A DNA stretch of 64,000 nucleotides. Origin: a bacterium (GTDB lineage Bacteria > RBG-13-61-14 > DATKZS01). A program made the position numbers and the translations under genes. Below the pieces are notes generated by a model, which was not told where the DNA came from, searched no databases, and was given only the letters and a program-made list of their open reading frames with translations. The DNA is taken from positions 64,001 to 128,000 of the forward strand of contig CAXXFL010000002.1 in NCBI GenBank assembly GCA_963674965.2, given 5' to 3'. Shown here in pieces: positions 19,773 to 30,315 of this stretch (position 1 is the stretch's first letter; each line of letters begins with the position of its first letter).

Positions 19773-21428
19773 GATTCCGACTTTGACGGCTTCACGGACG
19801 GGTGGGAGGTCGTGGCCGGGCTGGACCCGCTGGTGGACGACGCGGCCGATGACCCCGACGGGGACGGGAGGACCAATCTCGAGGAATACCTGAACTCGGG
19901 CTACTTCTACACCAATCCCCTGAATCCCGATACCGACGGCGACGGGCTGTGCGACGGCGTGACCTCCGCCATGAGCGGCGAGACCGTGCTCTGCGGGCCG
20001 GGGGAGGGCGACTCGGCGACGCCCGAGCTGGACGCGGCGCGGCTTCGGCTCCTGGCCGAGAGCGCCATCGGCGAGCTGACCATCGGGGACGGCGACACCT
20101 GGTCCGATGAGCTCGAGGAGGGCGACACCCTCAAGCTGGCCGTGGCGGGGGCGCTGGACGCGGGGACGTACACGGTGCGGTTCGATAATGGGTCGGGCTC
20201 GGTTTACGCCATCGAGGTGGCCGTGTCCGAGGGCGCGACTTATATATTTGTGGACACGGGAGACCTCGGGGACGACGCCTCGGGAAATTTCGACATTGAC
20301 GTGGTGGACGACTCGGGCGCGAGCCTCCTCGACTCGGGCGCCGCCTCGGTCAATATCTCCCAGCGGCTCTACCTCCACTACGGGCTCCACTCCCCGGTGG
20401 TCGCCACCAACTCCGACGGCGAGACCGTCTGGCGCCGCGCCTACCTCCCCTTCGGCTCCGACTTCGCCGGCTCGCCCTCCCACCCCCTCACCATCGCCAA
20501 CTCCTCCATCACCCACGGCTTCGTCGGCCGCCGCTCCGACAATGACGTCGGCCTCTACCAACTCGGCGCCCGCTGGTACGACCCGGACCTGGGGAGGTTC
20601 GTCAGCGTCGATCCAGTTGCCGGGGGCATCAACCAGTACGCCTACGCGAACAATAATCCATTCCGATATTATGACGGAGACGGCCGGGAGTCGGAGTTCG
20701 TGAGCGGAATATACGGCGCTCTTTGGACGTACGCGGACGCGGTAAACTCGAATGAGACCACCGCTTGTATCAGCGCCGGAGCTCATGGAGTGCTAAGGAC
20801 GTTTTACTCGACGGGTGAAGGCGTCTATACCATGGCCCGGCATCCAGTCGATACCCTGTATGGCACGGGTGAGACTATTGGTTATGGGGCTTATTTATAT
20901 CTTGATGAGCCCGAGGTGTTGTACTACGGGGCAGTAAACCAGTATAATGCCTTCCTGGCAAGCGATCCTGACGAGCAAGCGTTAATCGGCTCGGAGTTAG
21001 CGGCCAACATTGCGCTCAGCGCGACCGGCGGCCCGAAGAGCATTGGCAAATCAGGGAAAGCATTAAGTGGCGCGGCTAGTAAAACAAGCAAGGCGGCGAA
21101 GGCGGCAAGAGCCGCAAACAAGGCCAGGGGGACAAAGGCAAGAAAAATTCTACGTAAAAACTTAGGTGACCCGCCCTCACATTTAAAAAAGCCACATGCC
21201 CACCATGACTTGCCGGTGGAATTTGAAGATAGATTTAATAAATTAGGCATTAATGATATAAACGAGGCGCAATATGGCCGATGGGTAGAAGGAGATAATA
21301 ACCATCTAAAATGGAGCAGAGACTTTAACAAAGAATGGAGAAAATTCTTCGATAGTAACCCAACAGCTTCTGATAAAGAAGTATTAAATTTCATGCATAA
21401 TTTAAGAAATAATCCAAATTTTCAGTAG
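19773..21428 (+). CDS. Orphan cassette 2: Rhs-core copy plus DUF2380/AHH-like nuclease tip
   Basis: Tip HAHHDLPVEFEDRF...INEAQYGRW...HLKWSRDFNKEWRKFF. 165-bp in-frame deletion between two TGGGAGGT copies in the shared part. Confidence 0.8.
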   Translation, partial: DSDFDGFTDGWEVVAGLDPLVDDAADDPDGDGRTNLEEYLNSGYFYTNPLNPDTDGDGLCDGVTSAMSGETVLCGPGEGDSATPELDAARLRLLAESAIGELTIGDGDTWSDELEEGDTLKLAVAGALDAGTYTVRFDNGSGSVYAIEVAVSEGATYIFVDTGDLGDDASGNFDIDVVDDSGASLLDSGAASVNISQRLYLHYGLHSPVVATNSDGETVWRRAYLPFGSDFAGSPSHPLTIANSSITHGFVGRRSDNDVGLYQLGARWYDPDLGRFVSVDPVAGGINQYAYANNNPFRYYDGDGRESEFVSGIYGALWTYADAVNSNETTACISAGAHGVLRTFYSTGEGVYTMARHPVDTLYGTGETIGYGAYLYLDEPEVLYYGAVNQYNAFLASDPDEQALIGSELAANIALSATGGPKSIGKSGKALSGAASKTSKAAKAARAANKARGTKARKILRKNLGDPPSHLKKPHAHHDLPVEFEDRFNKLGINDINEAQYGRWVEGDNNHLKWSRDFNKEWRKFFDSNPTASDKEVLNFMHNLRNNPNFQ

Positions 21429-21436
21429 GCACCGTT

Positions 21437-22102
21437 ATGATTAAATTTTACTCCATTTCAGATAACTCCTTTGATACAAGAGGCTTCCCCTGGATATCGG
21501 AAATAACGAAAGGAATTACCATGTTGCCCCCCTGCGAAAAATGCGGAGGCCGGAGATTCTATCCTTCAGGTGATATCTCCGTTATTTTTGAGCCGGATAA
21601 GGGTACCAAGTGGGCTGATGTTTTAGGTTGCGGAAGCCAAATGTTATTAATTATCTCAGAAAAAGTCGTCGCAGCATGGTCGAAAGAAAACATTGGAGAA
21701 ATCCCCCTTCACAGGGTTAAACTCCAAAAGCCTTATCCAAAAAAGCTTGAGGGGACAAAGCCTCCAAAGTACTATTGGGTGGATGGAGAAAAACTCTGTG
21801 GCGCCGAGCTTGACTTACTCGCCAGTGGATTTCTTGATGCTCGCTATTGTGAAAGCTGTGGACGATTGTTGTACGATATTACTAAAACATATACATTGCA
21901 GCACTCAAAAATATGCCCTTATATATTCAAGCCTGACAGTTGGGACGGTAAAAACCTTTTCACTACCAATTTATCGTATCTTAAGTTCTTTTGTACGGAT
22001 GCTCTTATAGATTGCGCGAAAAAGTACAAGCTAACCAACTTTCGTTTCACACCCGTTGAGGAAGGAAGCGCGATAGGACATAAAGGGATTAAATATTTGT
22101 AG
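21437..22102 (+). CDS. Immunity protein, double-CXXCG-like
   Basis: CEKCGG and CESCG motifs, SWDGKNLF, KLTNFRF. Adjacent to the DUF2380-like tip. Confidence 0.75.
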   Translation: MIKFYSISDNSFDTRGFPWISEITKGITMLPPCEKCGGRRFYPSGDISVIFEPDKGTKWADVLGCGSQMLLIISEKVVAAWSKENIGEIPLHRVKLQKPYPKKLEGTKPPKYYWVDGEKLCGAELDLLASGFLDARYCESCGRLLYDITKTYTLQHSKICPYIFKPDSWDGKNLFTTNLSYLKFFCTDALIDCAKKYKLTNFRFTPVEEGSAIGHKGIKYL

Positions 22103-22127
22103 GCCTTAGATTAAAAGCTCGCGATCA

Positions 22128-22163
22128 TTTGATCTTTGAAAACTTGCCTCTGTTCTTTCCATC
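22128..22163 (+). repeat. Spacer family B (short) with boxA-like motif (22131-22142)
   Basis: GATCTTTGAAAACTTGCCTCTGTTCTTTCC. Confidence 0.8.
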
Positions 22164-23936
22164 GATTCCGACTTTGACGGCTTCACGGACGGGTGGGAGG
22201 TGGAGTACGCGGATAGCCTTGGGTTCGATCCGGTGGTGGTGGAGTGCGATACGGCGGTGGCGGATTATGACGGCGACGGGATGGCGGCCATTATCGAGGC
22301 GAGGCTGGGGACGGACCCGAGGTTGGCCGACTCGGATGGGGACGGGATCGACGATTATTGGGAGGTCATCGCCGGGCTGGACCCGCTGGTGGACGACGCG
22401 GCCGAGGACCCCGACGGGGACGGGAGGACCAACCTCGAGGAGTACCAGAACTCGGGCTACTTCTATACCAACCCCCTGAATCCCGATACCGACGGCGACG
22501 GCCTTTGCGACGGCGTGACCTCCGTCATGAGCGGCGAGACCGTGCTCTGCGGGCCGGGGGAGGGCGACTCGGCGACGCCCGAGCTGGACGCGGCGCGGCT
22601 ACGGCTCCTGGCCGAGAGCGCCATCGGCGAGCTGACCCTCGGCGACGGCGACACCTGGGCGGACGAGCTCGAGGAGGGCGACACCCTCAAGCTGTCCGTG
22701 GCGGGGGCGCTGGACGCGGGGACGTACACGGTTCGGTTCGATAATGGGTCGGGCTCGGTTTACGCCATCGAGGTGGCCGTGTCCGAGGGCGCGATTTATA
22801 TCCTGGTGGACACGGGAGACCTCGGGGACGAGGCCTCGGGAAATTTCGACATTGACGTGGTGGACGACTCGGGCTCGAGCCTCCTCGACTCGGGCGCCGC
22901 CTCGGTCAATATCTCCCGGCGCCTCTACCTCCACTACGGTCTCCACTCCCCGGTGGTAGCCACCAACTCCGACGGCGAGACCGTCTGGCGCCGCGCCTAC
23001 CTCCCCTTCGGCTCCGACTTCGCCGGCTCGCCCTCCCACCCCCTCACCATAACCAACTCCTCCATCACCCACGGCTTCGTCGGTCGCCGACAAGACAACG
23101 ACGTCGGCCTCTACCAGTTGGGAGCAAGGTGGTACGACCCGGACCTGGGGAGGTTCGTGAGCGTCGAACCAATTCCAGGGTTCCTTAACCAATACGCCTA
23201 TGCTGGTAACAATCCATTTGTTTACCAGGACGATAGTGGTATGTATATAGAGACCGCTATCGATATTGGTTTCATTTCATATGACATTTATGAGCTACAG
23301 AAAGACCCTTCAAGCGGGTGGAACTGGGCGGCCCTCGGCGCTGACGCGCTTTGCGCTGCCCTCCCGGTCGTTACGGGAGGCGGCGCCGCGGTTCACGCTA
23401 TCGGCGGTCTCAACAAGGCGGCTGACGCCGTCCAGGCCGCCGATAAACTTATTGACGCGGGAAAAGCGGTCGATAAGGGCATTGACGCCGCCAGGGGCGT
23501 CGATAAAGGAATTGACGCGGCCAAGGTTGGTTCTGAAGTCGCCAGTCATGCTGATGAGGCCGTTGACGCCGCCAAAGGCTATGAAAGATTGGCTGGAAGT
23601 AACGTCAACCATATAAACGGAGCAATCGCGGAGCAGCATGGATGGCAACGAGCTTTGCAGGATGGACACATTGGTATAAAGCCACCCGGGAAAGTGACGT
23701 CGAAAGGACCGGATTTTATTACATATAGTCGTAAGGATGATTTGATAATGGTTTGGGATGCAAAGTTTAGAAGTGGTGGTAACTTCCCATCATCCATATC
23801 AGCGAGTAAAATGAATAAATGGATGCCTTATGTGGAGGATGCCATAAAAAATATGCCGGCCGGTGAGGCTAAAACCTGGGCCGAAAGAGCGTTAAAAAAT
23901 GGAAATATCAGAGGTAAATTATTTCCGTGGCCTTAA
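22164..23936 (+). CDS. Orphan cassette 3: Rhs-core copy plus restriction-endonuclease-fold (PD-(D/E)xK) tip
   Basis: NGAIAE...KGPDFITY...VWDAK. Confidence 0.8.
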   Translation, partial: DSDFDGFTDGWEVEYADSLGFDPVVVECDTAVADYDGDGMAAIIEARLGTDPRLADSDGDGIDDYWEVIAGLDPLVDDAAEDPDGDGRTNLEEYQNSGYFYTNPLNPDTDGDGLCDGVTSVMSGETVLCGPGEGDSATPELDAARLRLLAESAIGELTLGDGDTWADELEEGDTLKLSVAGALDAGTYTVRFDNGSGSVYAIEVAVSEGAIYILVDTGDLGDEASGNFDIDVVDDSGSSLLDSGAASVNISRRLYLHYGLHSPVVATNSDGETVWRRAYLPFGSDFAGSPSHPLTITNSSITHGFVGRRQDNDVGLYQLGARWYDPDLGRFVSVEPIPGFLNQYAYAGNNPFVYQDDSGMYIETAIDIGFISYDIYELQKDPSSGWNWAALGADALCAALPVVTGGGAAVHAIGGLNKAADAVQAADKLIDAGKAVDKGIDAARGVDKGIDAAKVGSEVASHADEAVDAAKGYERLAGSNVNHINGAIAEQHGWQRALQDGHIGIKPPGKVTSKGPDFITYSRKDDLIMVWDAKFRSGGNFPSSISASKMNKWMPYVEDAIKNMPAGEAKTWAERALKNGNIRGKLFPWP

Positions 23937-23962
23937 TAATAAGGATGATTCTGGTGATTGAA

Positions 23963-24457
23963 ATGGAATGGATAGAGTTTATTCGAATTAGGGAATGGTC
24001 TCCATTAGCAAGTCTTAACATTGACATGGAAATAATTATTGAAGGCAGATATAAAATTAGTGATAATCAATATCTCCTATCATCTCCTTGCAACAAGGAT
24101 TTTATAGATGCCGCTAATGGACCGTTTGTTACTGCGCTTGTTTGGGCATGTAGTGAAGGGGCTTTCAGGAGAGTGTACTTGGCAGAAATTGAAAAGGACG
24201 ATGGAAATATCGTAAGTCCTCCAGACGAAATATTGCCGGAAGCTGGTAAATATACATATAGAAAAATTCATGAGGGCTTAGTTAAATTAAATTGTAAAGG
24301 AATTTTAGAAACTGCCAGCTATCGTATCGCCACGGATGGAGCCTTTTTAAATAGGAGTATTGAATCAGAAATTGCTTCATACCATTTTCGTGGAAGAGAA
24401 TATGATGATGAAGAAGAACCATTCGTAATCACGTGGAACTTGATATTATACAGGTGA
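23963..24457 (+). CDS. Putative immunity protein for cassette 3
   Basis: AT-rich, adjacent to the toxin. Paralog of 28334-28828. Confidence 0.75.
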   Translation: MEWIEFIRIREWSPLASLNIDMEIIIEGRYKISDNQYLLSSPCNKDFIDAANGPFVTALVWACSEGAFRRVYLAEIEKDDGNIVSPPDEILPEAGKYTYRKIHEGLVKLNCKGILETASYRIATDGAFLNRSIESEIASYHFRGREYDDEEEPFVITWNLILYR

Positions 24458-24464
24458 ATTCTGC

Positions 24465-24680
24465 GGCGGGTGGGCTATACGGTTTTGCATGAAAACCGTG
24501 TGGCTCTCGCGAAGCGAGACGGGTATACTGGTATCAGCTTCTCACGGTTCTTTGAAAAATCAATTTAAGCTTTTTGCTGCATGTAGTTGGAGTCGCAAGC
24601 TTCGACATGACGTGAGGCGCTAAGCCAGTTCGCTCCGCTCACCCACTCATTCGTAAAGAATGAGATGGGCCACCCAAGAG
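24465..24680 (+). repeat. Spacer family A, full copy: multi-hairpin element with boxA-like motif (24547-24558)
   Basis: Hairpins GCTATACGGTTTT/AAAACCGTGTGGC, TCTCGC/GCGAGA, CCCACTCATTC/GAATGAGATGGG. Motif GTTCTTTGAAAA. Confidence 0.85.
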
Positions 24681-25964
24681 GACGAGCTCGAGGAGGGCGA
24701 CACTCTCAAGCTGGCCGTGGCGGGGGCGCTGGACGCGGGGACGTACACGGTTCGGTTCGATAATGGGTCGGGCTCGGTTTACGCCATCGAGGTGGCCGTG
24801 TCCGAGGGCGCGACTTATATTTTTGTGGACACGGGAGACCTCGGGGACGAGGCCTCGGGAAATTTCGACATTGACGTGGTGGACGACTCGGGATCGAGCC
24901 TCCTCGACTCGGGCGCCGCCTCGGTCAATATCTCCCAGCGCCTCTACCTCCACTACGGTCTCCACTCCCCGGTGGTCGCCACCAACTCCGACGGCGAGAC
25001 CGTCTGGCGCCGCGCCTACCTCCCCTTCGGCGCCGACTTCGCCGGCTCGTCCTCCCACCCCATCACCATCGCCAACTCCTCCATCACCCACGGCTTCGTC
25101 GGCCGCCGCTCCGACAATGATGTCGGCCTCTACCAACTCGGCGCCCGCTGGTACGACCCCGACCTGGGGAGGTTCGTGAGCGTAGATCCGGTTTCCGGGT
25201 ACCTCAATCAGTACGCCTACGCGAACAATAATCCATTCGTCTATCAGGACGGCAATGGTCGTGATCCCTTTGGTTTGGCCGGTTTGATGATTTACGCGGC
25301 CGCCGGAATCTCGGTTGGGGTTACTGATGGTATAGTATACGGCCTGGGTAAGGTCGGCGGGATTCCTGAGAAAGAGGTTGAAAAATCACGTAATCAATTA
25401 CATAACGAGGTTTGGGATGCCGCCACATTGCCAGGGGATATCTGCTTTGCCTTAAGTTTTACTGAAGGTGTTTATAAAATCGCAAAAAATCCTCGTGGGA
25501 TTTATAATGGAGTTAAGGGATCATGGAATAGGCTTAAGGGATTATTTAAAGGGTCGGCTGACGACGCGGCCGGCGGAGTTGATGATGCTGTCAAATGGGT
25601 TGATGAAAATGCCCATATGAGTCAAAAGGCAAAAGCATATAATGATTCAGCCACAGGAGCGCGCTCGAACGTCGCTACACAAAAAGGACAGGCACCACAG
25701 ATCACTCGCACGTTAGAGGATGGTACAACAAAAGGAGTTAGATTTGATGGAGTTGAAGGGAATGCTTTAATCGACAGAAAGCTCTCAGTTGTAACAACGC
25801 AAAAGGCAAAAGACCAAGCACTTCGACAATCACAGGCATTGATGCAGAATAATTTGACTGGAAAGTGGGAAGTTCCCAATCAAGCAGAAGCAAATCGAGC
25901 GAAAAAATTGTTTGAAGAATTGGGGATAGATAATATTTTAGTGGAGGTTGTAAATGGACCTTAA
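24660..25964 (+). CDS. Orphan cassette 4 (short type): Rhs-core copy plus REase-fold (Tox-REase-5-like) tip
   Basis: Homology to the main gene from ~14807. Tip VRFDG...LIDRK...QALRQ...WEVPN. Confidence 0.8.
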   Translation: MRWATQEDELEEGDTLKLAVAGALDAGTYTVRFDNGSGSVYAIEVAVSEGATYIFVDTGDLGDEASGNFDIDVVDDSGSSLLDSGAASVNISQRLYLHYGLHSPVVATNSDGETVWRRAYLPFGADFAGSSSHPITIANSSITHGFVGRRSDNDVGLYQLGARWYDPDLGRFVSVDPVSGYLNQYAYANNNPFVYQDGNGRDPFGLAGLMIYAAAGISVGVTDGIVYGLGKVGGIPEKEVEKSRNQLHNEVWDAATLPGDICFALSFTEGVYKIAKNPRGIYNGVKGSWNRLKGLFKGSADDAAGGVDDAVKWVDENAHMSQKAKAYNDSATGARSNVATQKGQAPQITRTLEDGTTKGVRFDGVEGNALIDRKLSVVTTQKAKDQALRQSQALMQNNLTGKWEVPNQAEANRAKKLFEELGIDNILVEVVNGP

Positions 25965-26202
25965 AGAAGCGATATCAAAAGCCTTGATTGAGACACTTTT
26001 ATTTTTTGAATTTAGCGACGAAGATATCATTCATCCGGATATATCAATTGCCCAGATAGAACAAGTCGCTGCAATTCTTAAGGAGATGGATGAAAATGGA
26101 AAGATGGAATTTATAAAAACATGCTCAGAAATGGCAATGGAATACAGTGGTGAAAAATATAATTTCATTATTAGCATAGGAGAAAATCTTGGATTGATAT
26201 AA
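25954..26202 (+). CDS. Putative immunity protein for cassette 4
   Basis: Small acidic ORF overlapping the toxin stop, GGAGG RBS. Confidence 0.75.
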   Translation: MDLKEAISKALIETLLFFEFSDEDIIHPDISIAQIEQVAAILKEMDENGKMEFIKTCSEMAMEYSGEKYNFIISIGENLGLI

Positions 26203-26224
26203 GAATGACTTGAGCGTGGGCGGG

Positions 26225-26295
26225 TGACGGGTGGGCCATACGGTTTTGTAAGAAACCGTGTGGCTCTCGCGAAACGAGACAGGTGTGCCAGTATA
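26225..26295 (+). repeat. Spacer family A, 5' part only
   Basis: GCCATACGGTTTTGTAAGAAACCGTGTGGCTCTCGCGAAACGAGACAGG. Confidence 0.75.
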
Positions 26296-26404
26296 AACAG
26301 GTAACACACAAACAGGTAACACACCAAAGGACCTTGAAATATAACCCCTTGGTTTACGGTTATACCTCAAACCGTCTTGGAGGACAGCCCGCTTTCATGT
26401 TTAC

Positions 26405-26535
26405 ATATAGCTCCGCTATATGGGCGAGCATAGCGAGCAGGTCATTGCGATTAAATTACCGGGAATAACCTATGCTTAGGTTGTCGATATAGATGTAACT
26501 CCGATCTTTGAAAACTTGCCTCTGTTCCTTCCGCC
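26405..26535 (+). repeat. Spacer family B, long copy with boxA-like motif (26503-26514)
   Basis: Aligns with 35068-35197. Hairpins CGCTAT/ATAGCG and AGCAGGT/ACCTATGCT. Confidence 0.8.
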
Positions 26536-28311
26536 GATTCCGACTTTTACGGCTTCACGGACGGGTGGGAGGTGGAGTATGCGGATAGCCTTGGGTTCGA
26601 TCCGGTGGTGGTGGAGTGCGATACGGCGGTGGCGGATTTCGACGGGGACGGGATGGCGGCCATTATCGAGGCGAGGCTGGGGACCAACCCGCTGTTGGCC
26701 GACTCGGATGGGGACGGGATCGACGATTATTGGGAGGTCATCGCCGGGCTGGACCCGCTGGTGGACGACGCGGCCGATGACCCCGACGGCGACGGGAGGA
26801 CCAACCTCGAGGAGTACCAAAACTCGGGCTACTTCTACACCAATCCCCTGAATCCCGATACCGACGGCGACGGGCTGTGCGACGGCGTGACCGCGGTCAT
26901 GGACGGCGAGACCTTGCTCTGCGGGCCTGGGGAGGGAGACTCGACGACGCCCGAGCTGGACGCGGCGCGGCTACGGCTCCTGGCCGAGAGCGCCATCGGC
27001 GAGCTGACCCTCGGGGACGGCGACACCTGGTCCGACGAGCTCGAGGAGGGCGACACTCTCAAGCTGTCCGTGGCGGGGGCGCTGGACGCGGGGACGTACA
27101 CGGTTCGGTTCGATAATGGGTCGGGCGCGGTTTACGCCATCGAGGTGGCCGTGTCCGAGGGCGCGACTTATATCCTGGTGGACACGGGAGACCTCGGGGA
27201 CGACGCCGGCTCCGGCTCTTACGACATTGACGTGGTGGACGACTCGGGCTCGAGCCTCCTCGACTCGGGCGCCGCCTCGGTCAATATCTCCCAGCGCCTC
27301 TACCTCCACTACGGGCTCCACTCCCCGGTGGTCGCCACCAACTCCGACGGCGAGACCGTCTGGCGCCGCGCCTACCTCCCCTTCGGCTCCGACTTCGCCG
27401 GCTCGTCCTCCCACCCCATCACCATCGCCAACTCCTCCATCACCCACGGCTTCGTCGGCCGCCGACAAGACAACGACGTCGGCCTCTACCAGTTGGGAGC
27501 AAGGTGGTACGACCCGGACCTGGGGAGGTTCGTGAGCGTCGAACCAATTCCAGGGTTCCTTAACCAATACGCCTATGCTGGTAACAATCCATTTGTTTAC
27601 CAGGACGATAGTGGTATGTATATAGAGACCGCTATCGATATTGGTTTCATTTCATATGACATTTATGAGCTACAGAAAGACCCTTCAAGCGGGTGGAACT
27701 GGGCGGCCCTCGGCGCTGACGCGCTTTGCGCTGCCCTCCCGGTCGTTACGGGAGGCGGCGCCGCGGTTCACGCTATCGGCGGTCTCAACAAGGCGGCTGA
27801 CGCCGTCCAGGCCGCCGATAAACTTATTGACGCGGGAAAAGCGGTCGATAAGGGCATTGACGCCGCCAGGGGCGTCGATAAAGGAATTGACGCGGCCAAG
27901 GTTGGTTCTGAAGTCGCCAGTCATGCTGATGAGGCCGTTGACGCCGCCAAAGGCTATGAAAGATTGGCTGGAAGTAACGTCAACCATATAAACGGAGCAA
28001 TCGCGGAGCAGCATGGATGGCAACGAGCTTTGCAGGATGGACACATTGGTATAAAGCCACCCGGGAAAGTGACGTCGAAAGGATCGGATTTTATTACATA
28101 TAGTCGTAAGGATGATTTGATAATGGTTTGGGATGCAAAGTTTAGAAGTGGTGGTAACTTCCCATCATCCATATCAGCGAGTAAAATGAATAAATGGATG
28201 CCTTATGTGGAGGATGCCATAAAAAATATGCCGGCCGGTGAGGCCAAGACCTGGGCCGAAAGAGCGTTGCGCAATGGCGATGTCGCGGGCCGAATCTTTC
28301 CGTGGCCGTAA
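26536..28311 (+). CDS. Orphan cassette 5: near-duplicate of the cassette 3 REase-fold toxin
   Basis: Tip matches cassette 3 except GPD->GSD and the last ~70 bp. Confidence 0.8.
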   Translation, partial: DSDFYGFTDGWEVEYADSLGFDPVVVECDTAVADFDGDGMAAIIEARLGTNPLLADSDGDGIDDYWEVIAGLDPLVDDAADDPDGDGRTNLEEYQNSGYFYTNPLNPDTDGDGLCDGVTAVMDGETLLCGPGEGDSTTPELDAARLRLLAESAIGELTLGDGDTWSDELEEGDTLKLSVAGALDAGTYTVRFDNGSGAVYAIEVAVSEGATYILVDTGDLGDDAGSGSYDIDVVDDSGSSLLDSGAASVNISQRLYLHYGLHSPVVATNSDGETVWRRAYLPFGSDFAGSSSHPITIANSSITHGFVGRRQDNDVGLYQLGARWYDPDLGRFVSVEPIPGFLNQYAYAGNNPFVYQDDSGMYIETAIDIGFISYDIYELQKDPSSGWNWAALGADALCAALPVVTGGGAAVHAIGGLNKAADAVQAADKLIDAGKAVDKGIDAARGVDKGIDAAKVGSEVASHADEAVDAAKGYERLAGSNVNHINGAIAEQHGWQRALQDGHIGIKPPGKVTSKGSDFITYSRKDDLIMVWDAKFRSGGNFPSSISASKMNKWMPYVEDAIKNMPAGEAKTWAERALRNGDVAGRIFPWP

Positions 28312-28333
28312 AATTAAGAATAGGGAGATCATT

Positions 28334-28828
28334 ATGGAATGGAAAGACTTAGTGAAAATAAAGGAATGGTCTCCAGCAAATAATCTTAATATTGAATATA
28401 AGAAAATTAAAAAAGGATTACATAAAATCAGTGAAAATCAATATCTCCTGTTGTCGCCTTATAATGAGAATTTTAAAGAGGCTCCTGGCGGCCCGTTTGT
28501 CAATGCGCTACTTTGGTCATGCAGTGAAGGGGCCGTAAGAAGGGCATATTTAATGGAAATAGAGCAGGACGATGGTACTATTATCAAGCCACCAGATGAG
28601 ATAATGCCTGAGCCGGGTAGATATACTTATAAAGAGATTCTTGTTGGTTTGAAAAGACTTGGATGCAAGGGTATTTTAGAACATGCTAGTTACCGTATCG
28701 CTAAGGATGGGGCCTTTATACATAGGTCTATTGAATCTGAAATTGCTTTATATTCTTTTCGTAATATGGATTTTGATGACAGTGAAGAACCTTACGCTAT
28801 CAGATGGAATTTAGTATTATATAGATGA
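28334..28828 (+). CDS. Putative immunity protein for cassette 5 (diverged paralog of 23963-24457)
   Basis: Shared EWSP, QYLL.SP, GPFV.AL.W.CSEGA and GCKGILE.ASYRIA.DGAF-type motifs. Confidence 0.75.
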   Translation: MEWKDLVKIKEWSPANNLNIEYKKIKKGLHKISENQYLLLSPYNENFKEAPGGPFVNALLWSCSEGAVRRAYLMEIEQDDGTIIKPPDEIMPEPGRYTYKEILVGLKRLGCKGILEHASYRIAKDGAFIHRSIESEIALYSFRNMDFDDSEEPYAIRWNLVLYR

Positions 28829-28834
28829 GTTCTT

Positions 28835-29050
28835 CGGCGAGTGGGCCATACGGTTTTGCAAGAAACCATGTGGCTCTCGCGACGCGAGACGGGTATACTG
28901 GTATCAGCTTCTCACGGTTCTTTGAAAAATCAATTTAAGCTTTTTGCTGCATGTAGTTGGAGTCGCAAGCTTCGACATGACGTGAGGCGCTAAGCCAGTT
29001 CGCTCCGCTCACCCACTCATTCGTAAAGAATGAGATGGGCCACCCAAGAG
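28835..29050 (+). repeat. Spacer family A, full copy with boxA-like motif (28917-28928)
   Basis: 3' portion appears identical to 24520-24680. Confidence 0.85.
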
Positions 29051-30313
29051 GACGAGCTCGAGGAGGGCGACACTCTCAAGCTGGCCGTGGCGGGGGCGCT
29101 GGACGCGGGGACGTACACGGTTCGGTTCGATAATGGGTCGGGCTCGGTTTACGCCATCGAGGTGGCCGTGTCCGAGGGCGCGACTTATATTTTTATTGAC
29201 ACGGGCGACCTCGGGGACGACGCCTCGGGAAATTTCGACATTGACTTGGTGGACGACTCGGGCTCGAGCCTCCTCGACTCGGGCGCCGCCTCGGTCAATA
29301 TCTCCCAGCGGCTCTACCTCCACTATGGTCTCCACTCCCCGGTGGTCGCCACCAACTCCGACGGCGAGACCGTCTGGCGCCGCGCCTATCTCCCCTTCGG
29401 AGGCGACTTCGCCGGCTCGCCCTACCGGCCCATCACCATTAATAACGACGCTATTACCCACGGCTTCGTCGGCCGCCGCTCCGACAATGACGTCGGCCTC
29501 TACCAACTCGGTGCCCGCTGGTACGACCCGGACCTGGGGAGGTTCATGAGCGTCGATCCGGTGCCGGGGTTCATCAATCAGTACGCTTACGCCAATAACA
29601 ATCCAATAAGATATCATGATGCAAATGGAAGAAGTGTAGTAGTCCTCGTATGGATGCTTGCAACTTCAGAAAACGAGACGGCTAATGAGCTTGGGAATTG
29701 CATTAGCGCGGCCGCTGCGGGAGAATTAGAAGGTGGAAAAGACTTTATAGTTGGCACTGTAACAAGCTTGGGAGAAGCTGAGACCTATTATAAGCCAGGT
29801 GCTTTGAGAATTGCAGAATCCGGGTATGAAGTTTATAAAAATAGGGAGCAGATCAAAGATGATTTCCTGAATAAAGATTCAGTTGGACAAGCTAAGGACA
29901 TTGGGCGCGTTTTTGGCGCAGCAGGTGGAGCAATATTACTGACAAAAGCAACTAAGGATTTAAGCGAATTTGCTCAGAAAAAAGCCCCGGGAATAAAAGA
30001 TCTGCCACCTTTAAGACAGCAGTATGTTGATGAAGTAAAAGGGTTAAGGAATAAAATACCAAATATGAGAAAAGCAGGAATGTCGTCTGAAGAGATAGCA
30101 AGAAAATTACATGCTGAACGAAGAAATCTCGGAATTAAATATAAAGACATGACGCCTCCTGAAGAGCTCGAAAGAATTACCGCAAGGAATATAAGAGATT
30201 GTGGTGATCCACTTGGTCCAACAATTGATCATTTAAGAAACGTCAAGGGGAAAACCTGGGAAGAAATAATCGAAAGCGCCTGTACTCCTGGCGGAAAGGA
30301 TTTAGGCTATTGA
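29030..30313 (+). CDS. Orphan cassette 6 (short type): Rhs-core copy plus unassigned basic helical toxin tip
   Basis: Tip RQQYVDEV...EEIARKLHAERR...GDPLGPT...IIESA. Confidence 0.8.
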   Translation: MRWATQEDELEEGDTLKLAVAGALDAGTYTVRFDNGSGSVYAIEVAVSEGATYIFIDTGDLGDDASGNFDIDLVDDSGSSLLDSGAASVNISQRLYLHYGLHSPVVATNSDGETVWRRAYLPFGGDFAGSPYRPITINNDAITHGFVGRRSDNDVGLYQLGARWYDPDLGRFMSVDPVPGFINQYAYANNNPIRYHDANGRSVVVLVWMLATSENETANELGNCISAAAAGELEGGKDFIVGTVTSLGEAETYYKPGALRIAESGYEVYKNREQIKDDFLNKDSVGQAKDIGRVFGAAGGAILLTKATKDLSEFAQKKAPGIKDLPPLRQQYVDEVKGLRNKIPNMRKAGMSSEEIARKLHAERRNLGIKYKDMTPPEELERITARNIRDCGDPLGPTIDHLRNVKGKTWEEIIESACTPGGKDLGY

Positions 30314-30315
30314 AA

